Below, piece after piece: positions 33,250 through 41,655 of a stretch of DNA of 64,000 nucleotides. Under the pieces are notes generated by a model. That model was not told the origin of the DNA and ran no database searches. It was given only the letters and a program-made list of their open reading frames with translations. The position numbers and the translations under genes were made by a program. The DNA comes from an uncultured Pseudomonadota bacterium (GTDB lineage Bacteria > Pseudomonadota > Alphaproteobacteria > JACZXZ01), in contig CAVVLJ010000016.1 of the NCBI GenBank assembly GCA_963749075.1, forward strand, positions 640,001 through 704,000, written 5' to 3'. Every line of letters begins with the position of its first letter. Position 1 is the first letter of the stretch.

Positions 33250-33366
33250 GGGTCCTTCGAGACGCAACCTATCGAGTTGCTCGCTCAGGATGAGTCGAAT
33301 TCGTGTGTGGCAGAAAGACTTAGCCTCGTCCTGAGGAGCGAGCGCAGCGAGCGTCTCGAAGGACCC
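33250..33366. repeat. Inverted pair of REP-like elements (TCCTGAGG..TCGAAGGA family) between convergent genes
   Basis: GGGTCCTTCGAGACGC (33250-33265) and GCGTCTCGAAGGACCC (33351-33366) form a perfect 16-bp inverted repeat; inner arms CTCAGGATGAG / CTCGTCCTGAG. Confidence 0.75.
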
Positions 33367-33395
33367 GCCGCTTGCGGTCCCCGGCGCCCATCTCT

Positions 33396-34631
33396 TCAAC
33401 CCAAGAGCTCCGCGACCACATCCCTGAGCCTCCGCGTGCCGTCGCCGAGCATGGCGGGCTCGACTTTCGCCTTGAGCTCGACGAGCTTGCGCGCGAAGCG
33501 GATCTCGCCGCCCATGTTGAAGGCGGTGGCGCCGACGACCGCACCGCCCGCGAGATTGAAGCACATGAAGCGGCCGCTTGCCGGATCGCCGCGCAGAACG
33601 ACAGCATCGGTCGTGCGCGGTGCGCCCACCATCTGGATGTTGAACTCGTACTGATCGGACCAGAACCACGGCACTTCGGCGTAGGGCACGTGCGCCCCGC
33701 ACATGTTGCGCGCCGCGGCGATCGCCTGGTTCTGCGCGTTCTGCCAGGATTCGAGGCGCAGGCGGTGGCCGAGGAGCGGGTTCGGGTGATTGGCCACGTC
33801 GCCCGCCGCATAGACGTCGGCGACGCTCGTGCGGCAGCACTCGTCGACCACGACGCCGTCGTCGACCGCTGCACCCGCCGCGGCGGCGAGCTCTGAGTTG
33901 GGCTCGATGCCGACGGCGACGACGGCGAGATCGGCCGCGATGCGCGTGCCGTCCGCGAGCAAGACCGTCTCGAGGCGGCTCCCGCCGGCGATGCCGGTAG
34001 CCCTGGCGCCGAGGCGGAGCTCGACGCCCTTGGCACGGTGGATATCGGCGACGAAGCGCGCGATCTCCGGCGCCATGGCGCGGTCGAGAAGATGGGGCTG
34101 GAGCTCGATGAGCGTGACCGCGAGACCGAGCTTCCTGGCACTCGCCGCCACCTCGAGGCCGAGGAAGCCTCCGCCGATGACGGCTAAGCGCCCGGCCGAC
34201 TTGAGCGCCGCGGCGAGCGCCATGGAATCCTCGACGGTACGCAGATAGAAGACGCCGGGCGTTCCGATGGGTGCAAAGGGAAGCGTGCGCACGCGCCCGC
34301 CCGTCGCGAGGAGGAGCTTCCGATAGGCAATGCGGCGGCCGTCCGCGAGGATGACGTTTCTCGCGCCCGCATCGAGGGCCGCCGCCCGCCTGCCGGTCAA
34401 GAGCTCGATGCCATGCTCGGCATAGAAGCCGGCCGGCAGCAGCGCGGTCGAGCTTGCCGGCTTGTCGCCCGTGAGCACGGCCTTGGAGAGCGGCGGCCGC
34501 TCGTAAGGCTGGCTCGCCTCCTCGCCGATGAGGAGGACACGCCCGGCGAAGCCCGCTTTGCGCATCGCCTCGGCGGCACGTCCGCCGGCCTGGCCGGCGC
34601 CGACGATGACGAAGCCCGCCTCCTCGGCCAT
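33396..34631 (-). CDS. FAD-dependent NAD(P)H:ferredoxin reductase (ring-hydroxylating oxygenase type)
   Basis: VIVGAGQAG, PYERPPLSK, LLLATG, VIGGGFLGLE, VYAAGDVA, RLESWQNA, VPWFWSDQY. Confidence 0.92.
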   Translation of the reverse strand: MAEEAGFVIVGAGQAGGRAAEAMRKAGFAGRVLLIGEEASQPYERPPLSKAVLTGDKPASSTALLPAGFYAEHGIELLTGRRAAALDAGARNVILADGRRIAYRKLLLATGGRVRTLPFAPIGTPGVFYLRTVEDSMALAAALKSAGRLAVIGGGFLGLEVAASARKLGLAVTLIELQPHLLDRAMAPEIARFVADIHRAKGVELRLGARATGIAGGSRLETVLLADGTRIAADLAVVAVGIEPNSELAAAAGAAVDDGVVVDECCRTSVADVYAAGDVANHPNPLLGHRLRLESWQNAQNQAIAAARNMCGAHVPYAEVPWFWSDQYEFNIQMVGAPRTTDAVVLRGDPASGRFMCFNLAGGAVVGATAFNMGGEIRFARKLVELKAKVEPAMLGDGTRRLRDVVAELLG

Positions 34632-34639
34632 GCGGGGGA

Positions 34640-34954
34640 TTACGCCTCCGGCAGATCGACGAGGATCTGGCCGCCCTCGGTCTTGACCGCGAAGGTCCTG
34701 ATCGGCTCGCTCGCAGGTGCCGCGCGCACCTCGCCGCTCGCGATGTGGAAGCGCGCCTGGTGCAGCGGACACTCGATGCAGTCGCCCTCGATATAACCGT
34801 CGGAGAGGAGGGCGAATTCGTGGGTGCACACGTTGCTGGTGGCGTAGAAGGCGCCGCCCAGCTTGTAGATCGCCACCGGCTCGCCGTCGACTACGACGCC
34901 GATGACCTCGTTCTCGGGCACCTCGTCCGCTCGCGCCGCCACGTGCCAGGCCAT
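34640..34954 (-). CDS. Rieske [2Fe-2S] ferredoxin
   Basis: CTH...LSDG and ECPLH..F Rieske motifs. Confidence 0.93.
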   Translation of the reverse strand: MAWHVAARADEVPENEVIGVVVDGEPVAIYKLGGAFYATSNVCTHEFALLSDGYIEGDCIECPLHQARFHIASGEVRAAPASEPIRTFAVKTEGGQILVDLPEA

Positions 34955-35027
34955 GCCGCTCTTCCTCCCCCTCAGCACCGGCGCAGCACGCTAAGTGCAA
35001 AGGTGCGGCCCGTCAACGGGCGTGATC

Positions 35028-35160
35028 CCCTCTCCTCCTTTAGGAGGAGAGGGTAAGGGTGAGGAGGTGGACGTGCAAAACATGTCGTCGGCACCGGGGC
35101 CTCCTCACCTTCCCATCCCTTCGGGATGGGCCCCTTCCTCTCCTCCTAAAGGAGGAGAGG
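35028..35160. repeat. Empty inverted REP pair (REPIN-like) with the same arms that flank the DUF559 gene
   Basis: CCCTCTCCTCCT-TT-AGGAGGAGAGGG-TAAGGGTGAGGAGG (35028-35067), 32-bp spacer, then the inverted arm CCTCCTCACC...CCTCTCCTCCT-AA-AGGAGGAGAGG (35100-35160). Confidence 0.85.
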
Positions 35161-35176
35161 AGAGCTGCCTTCACGC

Positions 35177-35890
35177 CTAGTCGAGACCGAGGTAGATGTG
35201 CTGCACCTGGGGATCGTCGGCGAGCTTGGCGGCGGGACCCTCGAGCACGGTGCGCCCGGTCTGCAGCACGTAGGCGTAGTCGGCGACCTCGAGCGCCAGC
35301 TGGATCGACTGCTCGGCCAAGAGGAGGGTGAGGCCGGCCTCGTGCAGCCGGCCGAGCGTCTCGTAGAGCGCCTCGACGATGGCGGGGGCGAGGCCCAAGC
35401 TCGGCTCGTCGAGGAGGAGGAGCCTGGGCTCGCTCATGAGCGCGCGGCCGAGCGCCAGCATCTGCCGCTCGCCGCCCGAGAGCGTGCCGGCGCGCTGGGC
35501 GCGGCGCTCCTTGAGCCGCGGGAAGAGCGTATAGACGCGATCCAAGAGGGCAGGTGCCCGTGCCTTGTCGGCGAGCGGCGTGGTGCCGAGCTTGAGGTTC
35601 TGCTCGACGGTCTGGCCGGTGAAGAGGCGCCAGCCCTCGGGCGAGAGTGCCAAGCCCTTGCGCACGATGGCGTAAGCCGGGAGGGCTGCGATGCTCTCCT
35701 CCTGCCATTCGATGCGGCCCTTGCTCGCCGGCACGAGGCCGGCGATGGCATTGAGCGTCGTCGTCTTGCCGGCGCCGTTCGAGCCTAGGAGGGCCACGAT
35801 CGAGCCCGGCCTCACCTCGAGCGAGACGTCGGCCACGCCGACGAGATCGCCGTAGCGCACCTCGAGATGCTCGACCTTGAGGAGGTCCAC
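35177..35890 (-). CDS. Branched-chain amino acid-type ABC transporter ATPase (LivF-like)
   Basis: GSNGAGKTT, LSGGERQMLA, LLLDEPSLGLAP, EQ; GTG start 35890. Confidence 0.92.
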   Translation of the reverse strand: MDLLKVEHLEVRYGDLVGVADVSLEVRPGSIVALLGSNGAGKTTTLNAIAGLVPASKGRIEWQEESIAALPAYAIVRKGLALSPEGWRLFTGQTVEQNLKLGTTPLADKARAPALLDRVYTLFPRLKERRAQRAGTLSGGERQMLALGRALMSEPRLLLLDEPSLGLAPAIVEALYETLGRLHEAGLTLLLAEQSIQLALEVADYAYVLQTGRTVLEGPAAKLADDPQVQHIYLGLD

Positions 35891-35898
35891 GGCCGCCC

Positions 35899-36633
35899 TC
35901 AGGCCTGGCCGCTGCGCCGCGCGTGGGCGCGCCCGAGATAGGCGTCGATCACCGCCGGGTTGCCCACCACCTCCTTGGGCGTGCCCTCGGCGATGACGCG
36001 GCCCTGGTTGAAGACGACGACGCGCTCGGCGAGCGTCAGGATGACCTCCATGATGTGCTCGACGATGACGAGCGTGGTGCCGAGGCGGTGGATGGCGCGC
36101 ACCAGCTCGATCGCCTGGTGGACCTCCGCGGGAGTCAAGCCCGCAAGCGCCTCGTCGAGCAGCAGGAGACGCGGCTCGGTCGCCATCACGCGCGCGATCT
36201 CGAGACGCTTGCGGCCAGGCGTGCCGAGGCTCTTCGCCTTCTGCCCGGCGGCTCCCTCGAGGCCGGTCAGCGCGAGTGTGCGCCTTGCCGCCTCGCGCGC
36301 GTGATGCTCGCGCGGGTGGCGCAGGAAGGCGCCGACCATGACGTTCTCGAGGATGGTCATCTCCTCGAAAGTCTGCGGCACCTGGAAGGTGCGGCCGATG
36401 CCGAGCCGCGCGTGGGCCTCGGGCGAGGCGTTGGTGATGTCGACGCCGTCGCACAGCACGCGCCCGGCGGTCGGCTTGAGCTCGCCGGCAAGGCAATTGA
36501 AGAAGGTCGACTTGCCGGCGCCGTTGGGGCCGATGAGGCCGATGATCTCGCCCTCGCCCACCGCGAGGCTGGCGTCCGCGACCGCGAGGAAGCCACCGAA
36601 GGCCTTGCTCACTCCCTCCGCCTTAAGCAGCAC
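35899..36633 (-). CDS. Branched-chain amino acid-type ABC transporter ATPase (LivG-like)
   Basis: GPNGAGKST, GRTFQ, LLLDE..AGL, IVEH, V.DAYLG. Confidence 0.92.
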   Translation of the reverse strand: MLLKAEGVSKAFGGFLAVADASLAVGEGEIIGLIGPNGAGKSTFFNCLAGELKPTAGRVLCDGVDITNASPEAHARLGIGRTFQVPQTFEEMTILENVMVGAFLRHPREHHAREAARRTLALTGLEGAAGQKAKSLGTPGRKRLEIARVMATEPRLLLLDEALAGLTPAEVHQAIELVRAIHRLGTTLVIVEHIMEVILTLAERVVVFNQGRVIAEGTPKEVVGNPAVIDAYLGRAHARRSGQA

Positions 36634-37630
36634 GGCCGCCTCCGGCGCTGTCGAGGCTGCGTACCCTGGCCGCGCGCGCGTCGCGCCGCGCGGCAAAGCG
36701 CTCCCACAGCTCGAGCAGGCCGCCCGGCTCGAAGCGCGCCAAGATCATGATGATGCCGCCATAGAGGATGAAGGCGAGGCCGGTGCCCTCGCCGCCGAAG
36801 AGGCTGTTGGTCGTGGTCTGCAGCGGCACCAGGATGACGGCGCCGAGGAGGGGACCCAAGAGCCGCCCCGCACCTCCCAAGGCCGCCATCACGATCATCT
36901 GCACCGAGACGAGGATGCCGAAGGCGCTCGTGGGATCGACGAAGCCGAACTTGGCGGCATAGAGCGAGCCCGCGAGCGAGGTGAAGGCAGCGCTCAGCAT
37001 GAGCGCATAGAGCTTGCAGCGGCTGACCGGCACGCCGAGGCTGCGCGCCGCGCGCTCGCCGGCGCGGATCGCGCGCAGGTAATAGCCGAAGCGGCTGCGC
37101 TCCAGCCGCCACGTGAGATAGAGCAGCAGCGCCAGCACCGCGAGGAAGATGTAGTAGTAGGGCACCGAGCTGCGATAGACGAGGTCCCACCAGCCGCGCG
37201 GCGTCGCCGGCCCCATGAGCCCGATGGCGGCACCGAGGAAATCCCAGCTGCCGACCAGGATGCGCACGAGCTCGGCGACGGCGATGGTCGCCATGCTGAA
37301 GTAATGGCCGGAGAGGCGGAAGGTGGGCACGCCGACGACGGCGGCGATCGCGACGCTCACCGCGACGCCGGCGGGAAAGCCCAGCAGCGGGCTCGCCGCC
37401 CACAGCTTGTAGAAGAGGAGCGGCATATAGGCACCGGCGCCGAAGAACACGGCGTGGCCGACCGAGACCTGGCCGGCGTAGCCGCCGACGAGGTTCCAGG
37501 CCGAGGCCGAGATCGCCGAGAGGATGACGAAAGCGGCGAGCTGCTCGTAATAGGGGTTGGTGAAGACGAGGGGAAAGGCGAGGAAGACGCCTGCGAGGAC
37601 GAGCCAGCCGATGAGCGGCCGCGTCGGCAC
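36623..37630 (-). CDS. Branched-chain amino acid-type ABC permease (LivM-like)
   Basis: WNLVGGYAGQVSVGHA.FFG.GAY, GHYFSMAT, SRFG..LRAI. Confidence 0.92.
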   Translation of the reverse strand: MPTRPLIGWLVLAGVFLAFPLVFTNPYYEQLAAFVILSAISASAWNLVGGYAGQVSVGHAVFFGAGAYMPLLFYKLWAASPLLGFPAGVAVSVAIAAVVGVPTFRLSGHYFSMATIAVAELVRILVGSWDFLGAAIGLMGPATPRGWWDLVYRSSVPYYYIFLAVLALLLYLTWRLERSRFGYYLRAIRAGERAARSLGVPVSRCKLYALMLSAAFTSLAGSLYAAKFGFVDPTSAFGILVSVQMIVMAALGGAGRLLGPLLGAVILVPLQTTTNSLFGGEGTGLAFILYGGIIMILARFEPGGLLELWERFAARRDARAARVRSLDSAGGGRAA

Positions 37631-38488
37631 TTAGGCCTTCCCCAAAAGGCCGTGCGGGCGCACCCAGAGGATGACGACGAAGAGCCCGAAGACGAAGACG
37701 TCCTGGTAGACCGGTCCGAAATAGAAGGCGGAGAGCGCCTCGATGAGGCCGATCATGAGGCCGGCGATGAGCGCCCCCGGCACGCTGCCGAAGCCGCCGA
37801 GCGTCACCGTCACGAAGGCGATGAGGGCGAGCGATTCGCCGACCGTCGGCGAGATGGGGAAGAAGGTGGCGATGAGGGCGCCGGCGATCCCGGCGGAGGC
37901 GCCCGAGAGGCCCCAGGCGAACGCCTGCATGCGGTCGGGCCTGATGCCCATCAGCATGGCCGCCTGGCGGTCCTCGGCCACGGCGAGGATGCGGCTGCCG
38001 AGTGCGGTGCGCGTCAAGAGGAGGTGCATCCCGATGGTCAAGAGGATGGCGACGATGCCGGCCGCGAACTTGGGGCCGCTCACGAGGATGCCGCCCAGGT
38101 TCAGGCCGCGGCCGAAGAGGCCCTCGGGCAGCGTCACGAAGTTGGCCGAGAAGGCCCAGAAGGCGCTGTAGCGCAGCAGCAGGAGGAGGCCGAAGGTCGA
38201 GAGGATCTGGGCCAGCATGGGCCCGCGCATGACGTGCCGGATGAGCGCCATGTAGACGAGCACGCCGAGGATGAAGAGCAGCACGGCGGCGAGCGGAGCG
38301 AAGGCGGCGGGACCGAGATGCGCGAGCGTGAAGGCCCAGAACGCGACATACATGCCCAGCATGACGAATTCGCCGTGGGCGAAGTTGATCACGTTCATCA
38401 TGCCCCAGATGAGCGTGAGCCCGGACGAGAAGAGCGCGTAGACGGCACCGATCAGGAGACCGCCGACGATCACCTGGAGCAGAATCAT
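37631..38488 (-). CDS. Branched-chain amino acid-type ABC permease (LivH-like)
   Basis: GLTLIWG...VINFAHGEF, A.LMGI, LGGFGS..GA, RPHGLLG. Confidence 0.92.
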   Translation of the reverse strand: MILLQVIVGGLLIGAVYALFSSGLTLIWGMMNVINFAHGEFVMLGMYVAFWAFTLAHLGPAAFAPLAAVLLFILGVLVYMALIRHVMRGPMLAQILSTFGLLLLLRYSAFWAFSANFVTLPEGLFGRGLNLGGILVSGPKFAAGIVAILLTIGMHLLLTRTALGSRILAVAEDRQAAMLMGIRPDRMQAFAWGLSGASAGIAGALIATFFPISPTVGESLALIAFVTVTLGGFGSVPGALIAGLMIGLIEALSAFYFGPVYQDVFVFGLFVVILWVRPHGLLGKA

Positions 38489-38494
38489 CCGCCG

Positions 38495-39736
38495 TTAATT
38501 CCAGCCCTTGAAGGGATATTCGATCGCGTGCTGCGCCGCTTTGGCGGGCCAGACCGCGATGTATTGGCTGCCGAAGAGCTGGATGAGATAGGTGGCGGCG
38601 AGCACGTTCTGGCCGGTCTGGTCGAAGCGCACGCCCTTGAAGCCCATGATGAGCTGCTCGGGCTTGAGGTCGGTCGCCTGGAGCGCCTTCTGGATCGCCT
38701 CGGGCTTGGTCGAGCCCGCGCGGTTGATGGCGTCGGCGAGGACGAACATGGCCTGCATGCCGCGCGCACTGGTGTCGTCCAGGTCCTGCCCGGTCTTGGC
38801 CTTGTACATCTCGTTGATGCGCCAGGTGGTGCTGTCCTTGGGTCCCACGTCCCAGGCGCTGCGGTTGATGATGCCCTGGGAGATGTCGCCGACCGCCTTG
38901 ACGAAGGCGGGATCGGAGAAGCCGGCGTCGTCGGCGATGACGAGCTTCGGCAGGTAGCCCAGGCTCTTCATCGTCTTCATGTAGAGGATGGCGTCGGCGG
39001 TGTAGGAGATGAAGACCACGGCGTCGGGGTTCTTCTCCTTGAGCTCCAGCACCTGGGGCGAGACGTTGGCGCCGTTGGCATTGTAGGCGATGTCGGCGAC
39101 CACGGTGATGCCGTGGGCCTTGGCCGAGTCGCGCACCGTGCCGGAGACCGAGGTGCCGTAGTCGGTATTCTCGTAGACCAGCCCCAGCGTGCCCGCCGGA
39201 TGCCCCGCCTTCTTCATGTCGGCGAGGAATTCCATGTAGTTGTTGCCGAAGTCGCTGGCGATGGGCGTGGTGCGGAAGATCCACTTGAAGCCGCGGCTGG
39301 TGATGTTGGCGGCCACCGAATCGCCGACCACGAAGGGAATGCCGTAGCGCTCCGCGACCGCGGTCGCGGTGAAGGTGACGCTCGAGTGGTAGCTCCCCAG
39401 CATGGCCGCGACATGCTCCTGGGTGATCAGGCGCAGCGTCTGGTTCTGGCCCTCGGTCGGGTTGCCCTGATGGTCCGCCGCGAGGATCTTGAGCTTGGCG
39501 CCGCCCAGGTTGGGCAGCCCCGGCACCGTGCCGATCGGCAGGTTCTTCAGCTCCGGATGGCCCTGGTCGATGATGTCGGCGGCCACCTCGATCGCCGCCA
39601 GCTCGGCCTTGCCGGCACTCGCGGAATTGCCGCTGAGCGGCATGATGACGCCGATCTTCACGTCCTCCGCCGCATGGGCGGCGGCGCCAAAGCCGAGTGC
39701 TGCCGCGAGGGCCGCACAGAATAGCCGGTTGATCAT
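38495..39736 (-). CDS. Branched-chain amino acid-type ABC substrate-binding protein
   Basis: Signal peptide, VKIGVIMPLSG, GSYHSS, ENTDYG, GV.FD..GQN. Confidence 0.9.
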   Translation of the reverse strand: MINRLFCAALAAALGFGAAAHAAEDVKIGVIMPLSGNSASAGKAELAAIEVAADIIDQGHPELKNLPIGTVPGLPNLGGAKLKILAADHQGNPTEGQNQTLRLITQEHVAAMLGSYHSSVTFTATAVAERYGIPFVVGDSVAANITSRGFKWIFRTTPIASDFGNNYMEFLADMKKAGHPAGTLGLVYENTDYGTSVSGTVRDSAKAHGITVVADIAYNANGANVSPQVLELKEKNPDAVVFISYTADAILYMKTMKSLGYLPKLVIADDAGFSDPAFVKAVGDISQGIINRSAWDVGPKDSTTWRINEMYKAKTGQDLDDTSARGMQAMFVLADAINRAGSTKPEAIQKALQATDLKPEQLIMGFKGVRFDQTGQNVLAATYLIQLFGSQYIAVWPAKAAQHAIEYPFKGWN

Positions 39737-39833
39737 TTTCCGCTCCCTGTTCGCGGCGCGTAGACCGCCTTGCTCATTATGCGACTGAGCAGCTTAACCT
39801 ATTGAGCATTTTGTTCCAGCCTTGTCGAGTGTC

Positions 39834-39895
39834 TTCCCTCTCCCGTTTACGGGAGAGGGAAGGGGCCCATCGCAAAGCGATGGGAAGGGTGAGGG
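39834..39895. repeat. REP-like double-hairpin repeat (CCCTCTCC family)
   Basis: TTCCCTCTCCCGT-TT-ACGGGAGAGGGAA, then GGGGCCCATCGC-AAA-GCGATGGGAAGGGTGAGG; collinear with the reverse complement of 35100-35160. Confidence 0.8.
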
Positions 39896-39900
39896 AGCGC

Positions 39901-41646
39901 TCAGCCGCCGCTATTGCGCAGCGCCGCCGTGCGCGCCCGATCGACGCCGCCCCCGGCCGTGAGCGCCACTTTGTAGACCGTCTCCGCCGTCTCGCGCGAG
40001 ACGATGCCGTCGCGCACGTCCGCGGCGACGCGCTCCGGCTCGCGCCTCTCGGGCGAACCGAAGCCGCCGCCGCCCGGAAGCTCCAGGCGGATGCGGTCGC
40101 GCGGCGGCACGGTCTGGCGGCCCTTGGGCCGGATCGGCCGGCCGGAGACGAGGCTCACCCGGCCCGGCGCACCGCTGAGCCCGCCGTTGCGGCCGCGCGC
40201 GGGGTTCTTCACGCGCTCGAAATTGCACAGCAGGCTAAGCGGCGAGCCGTCGGCGCCGCCGATCTCGATGACCTGGCCGAGCCCGCCGCGGCTCGTACCG
40301 GCGCCGCCCGAGCCCTCGCGGAACTCGCGGCGCCAGAAGACGATGGGCGCCACCGTCTCGGTGGCCTCGACCGGGATGGTGCGCACGCCGCTCGGGAAGG
40401 CGGTCACGTCGAGGCCGTCCTTGGTCGGCCTGGCGCCCGAGCCGCCGCAGTGGAAGATCACCGTCGAGAACTGCGGCAGGCTCGCGGGGTCGGTGCCCTC
40501 CTCGACCTCGTCGACCATGGAGCCGCCGCCGTAGATCTGCGGGTTCCACAAGGAGGAGGCGCCCTCGGCCGGCACGCCGCCCTTGATCACCTGGTGGAGG
40601 CAGCCGAACACCGCGTCGGGCAGCATGTGGCCGACGGTGTGGCGGGCGGCGACCGCCCACGGCCGCCTGACGTTGAGCACCGAGCCCTCGGGTGCGGAGA
40701 CCGTGATGGTCTCGAGCGAGCCTGCGTTGTTGGGCACCTCGGGCGCTACCAGCACGCGCACGCCGAAGGCGGTATAGGCCGTGCAGTAGTTCATCACCAC
40801 GTTGATGCCGTAGGCGCTGGCCGGCGAGGTGCCGGCATAGTCGACGTGGATGCCGTCGTAGCCGATCGTCATGGTGGCGGCGAGCGTCAGCGGCTTGTCG
40901 TAGCCGTCCATGGTGACGACGTTCTTGTAAGTGCCGGGCTTGAGCTTGCGGATGGCGTTGAGCGTGGCCTGGCGCGACGCCTCGATGATCTGGTCGCCGA
41001 GCGCCTCCACGTCCTCGAGCTCGAACTCGCCCATCATGTCGAGGAGGCGGCGGCCGCCCTCCTCGTTGCAGGCGGCGCAGGCGAAGATGTCGCCCTCGAC
41101 CTGGAAGGGCTCGCGCACGTTGGCGCGCACGATGGCGAGGAGGTCCTGGTTGAACTCGCCGCGCCGCGCGAGCGGCATGATGGGGAGCGCCAGCCCCTCC
41201 TCGAAGACCTGGCGGCCGTCCGGCCCCATGCCGAGGCCGCCGATGTCGACGACGTGGATGGTGTTGGCGAAGAGCGCCACGGCGCGGCCGTCCTTGAAGG
41301 TCGGCGTCACCACCGTGATGTCGTGGAGGTGGCCCGAGGTGAGCCAGGGGTCGTTGGTGATGTAGTGGTCGCCCTCCCGCATGCCGTCGATGGGGTAGAC
41401 GGCGAGGAAATGCTTGACCCCCATGGCCATCGAGTTGACGTGGCCGGGCGTGCCGGTGACGGCCTGGGCCAGCATGCGGCCCTCTCGGTCGAAGACGCCG
41501 GCCGAGAGGTCGCCCGCCTCGCGCACCGAGGTCGAGAAGGCGGTGCGCATGAGGGTCTGGGCCTGCTCCTCGACGACGGCGATGAGCCGGCTCCACATGA
41601 TCTGCATGTGGATCTGGGAGAGCGCGGTGTTGCTTGCTACGGCCAT
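39901..41646 (-). CDS. Hydantoinase B / 5-oxoprolinase family protein
   Basis: RTAFS..VRE..D.S, NDPW...GHLHD, H..DIGG, GSGGAG..RGG.G, PGGGGFG.P. Confidence 0.92.
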   Translation of the reverse strand: MAVASNTALSQIHMQIMWSRLIAVVEEQAQTLMRTAFSTSVREAGDLSAGVFDREGRMLAQAVTGTPGHVNSMAMGVKHFLAVYPIDGMREGDHYITNDPWLTSGHLHDITVVTPTFKDGRAVALFANTIHVVDIGGLGMGPDGRQVFEEGLALPIMPLARRGEFNQDLLAIVRANVREPFQVEGDIFACAACNEEGGRRLLDMMGEFELEDVEALGDQIIEASRQATLNAIRKLKPGTYKNVVTMDGYDKPLTLAATMTIGYDGIHVDYAGTSPASAYGINVVMNYCTAYTAFGVRVLVAPEVPNNAGSLETITVSAPEGSVLNVRRPWAVAARHTVGHMLPDAVFGCLHQVIKGGVPAEGASSLWNPQIYGGGSMVDEVEEGTDPASLPQFSTVIFHCGGSGARPTKDGLDVTAFPSGVRTIPVEATETVAPIVFWRREFREGSGGAGTSRGGLGQVIEIGGADGSPLSLLCNFERVKNPARGRNGGLSGAPGRVSLVSGRPIRPKGRQTVPPRDRIRLELPGGGGFGSPERREPERVAADVRDGIVSRETAETVYKVALTAGGGVDRARTAALRNSGG

Positions 41647-41655
41647 GGCGGTACG

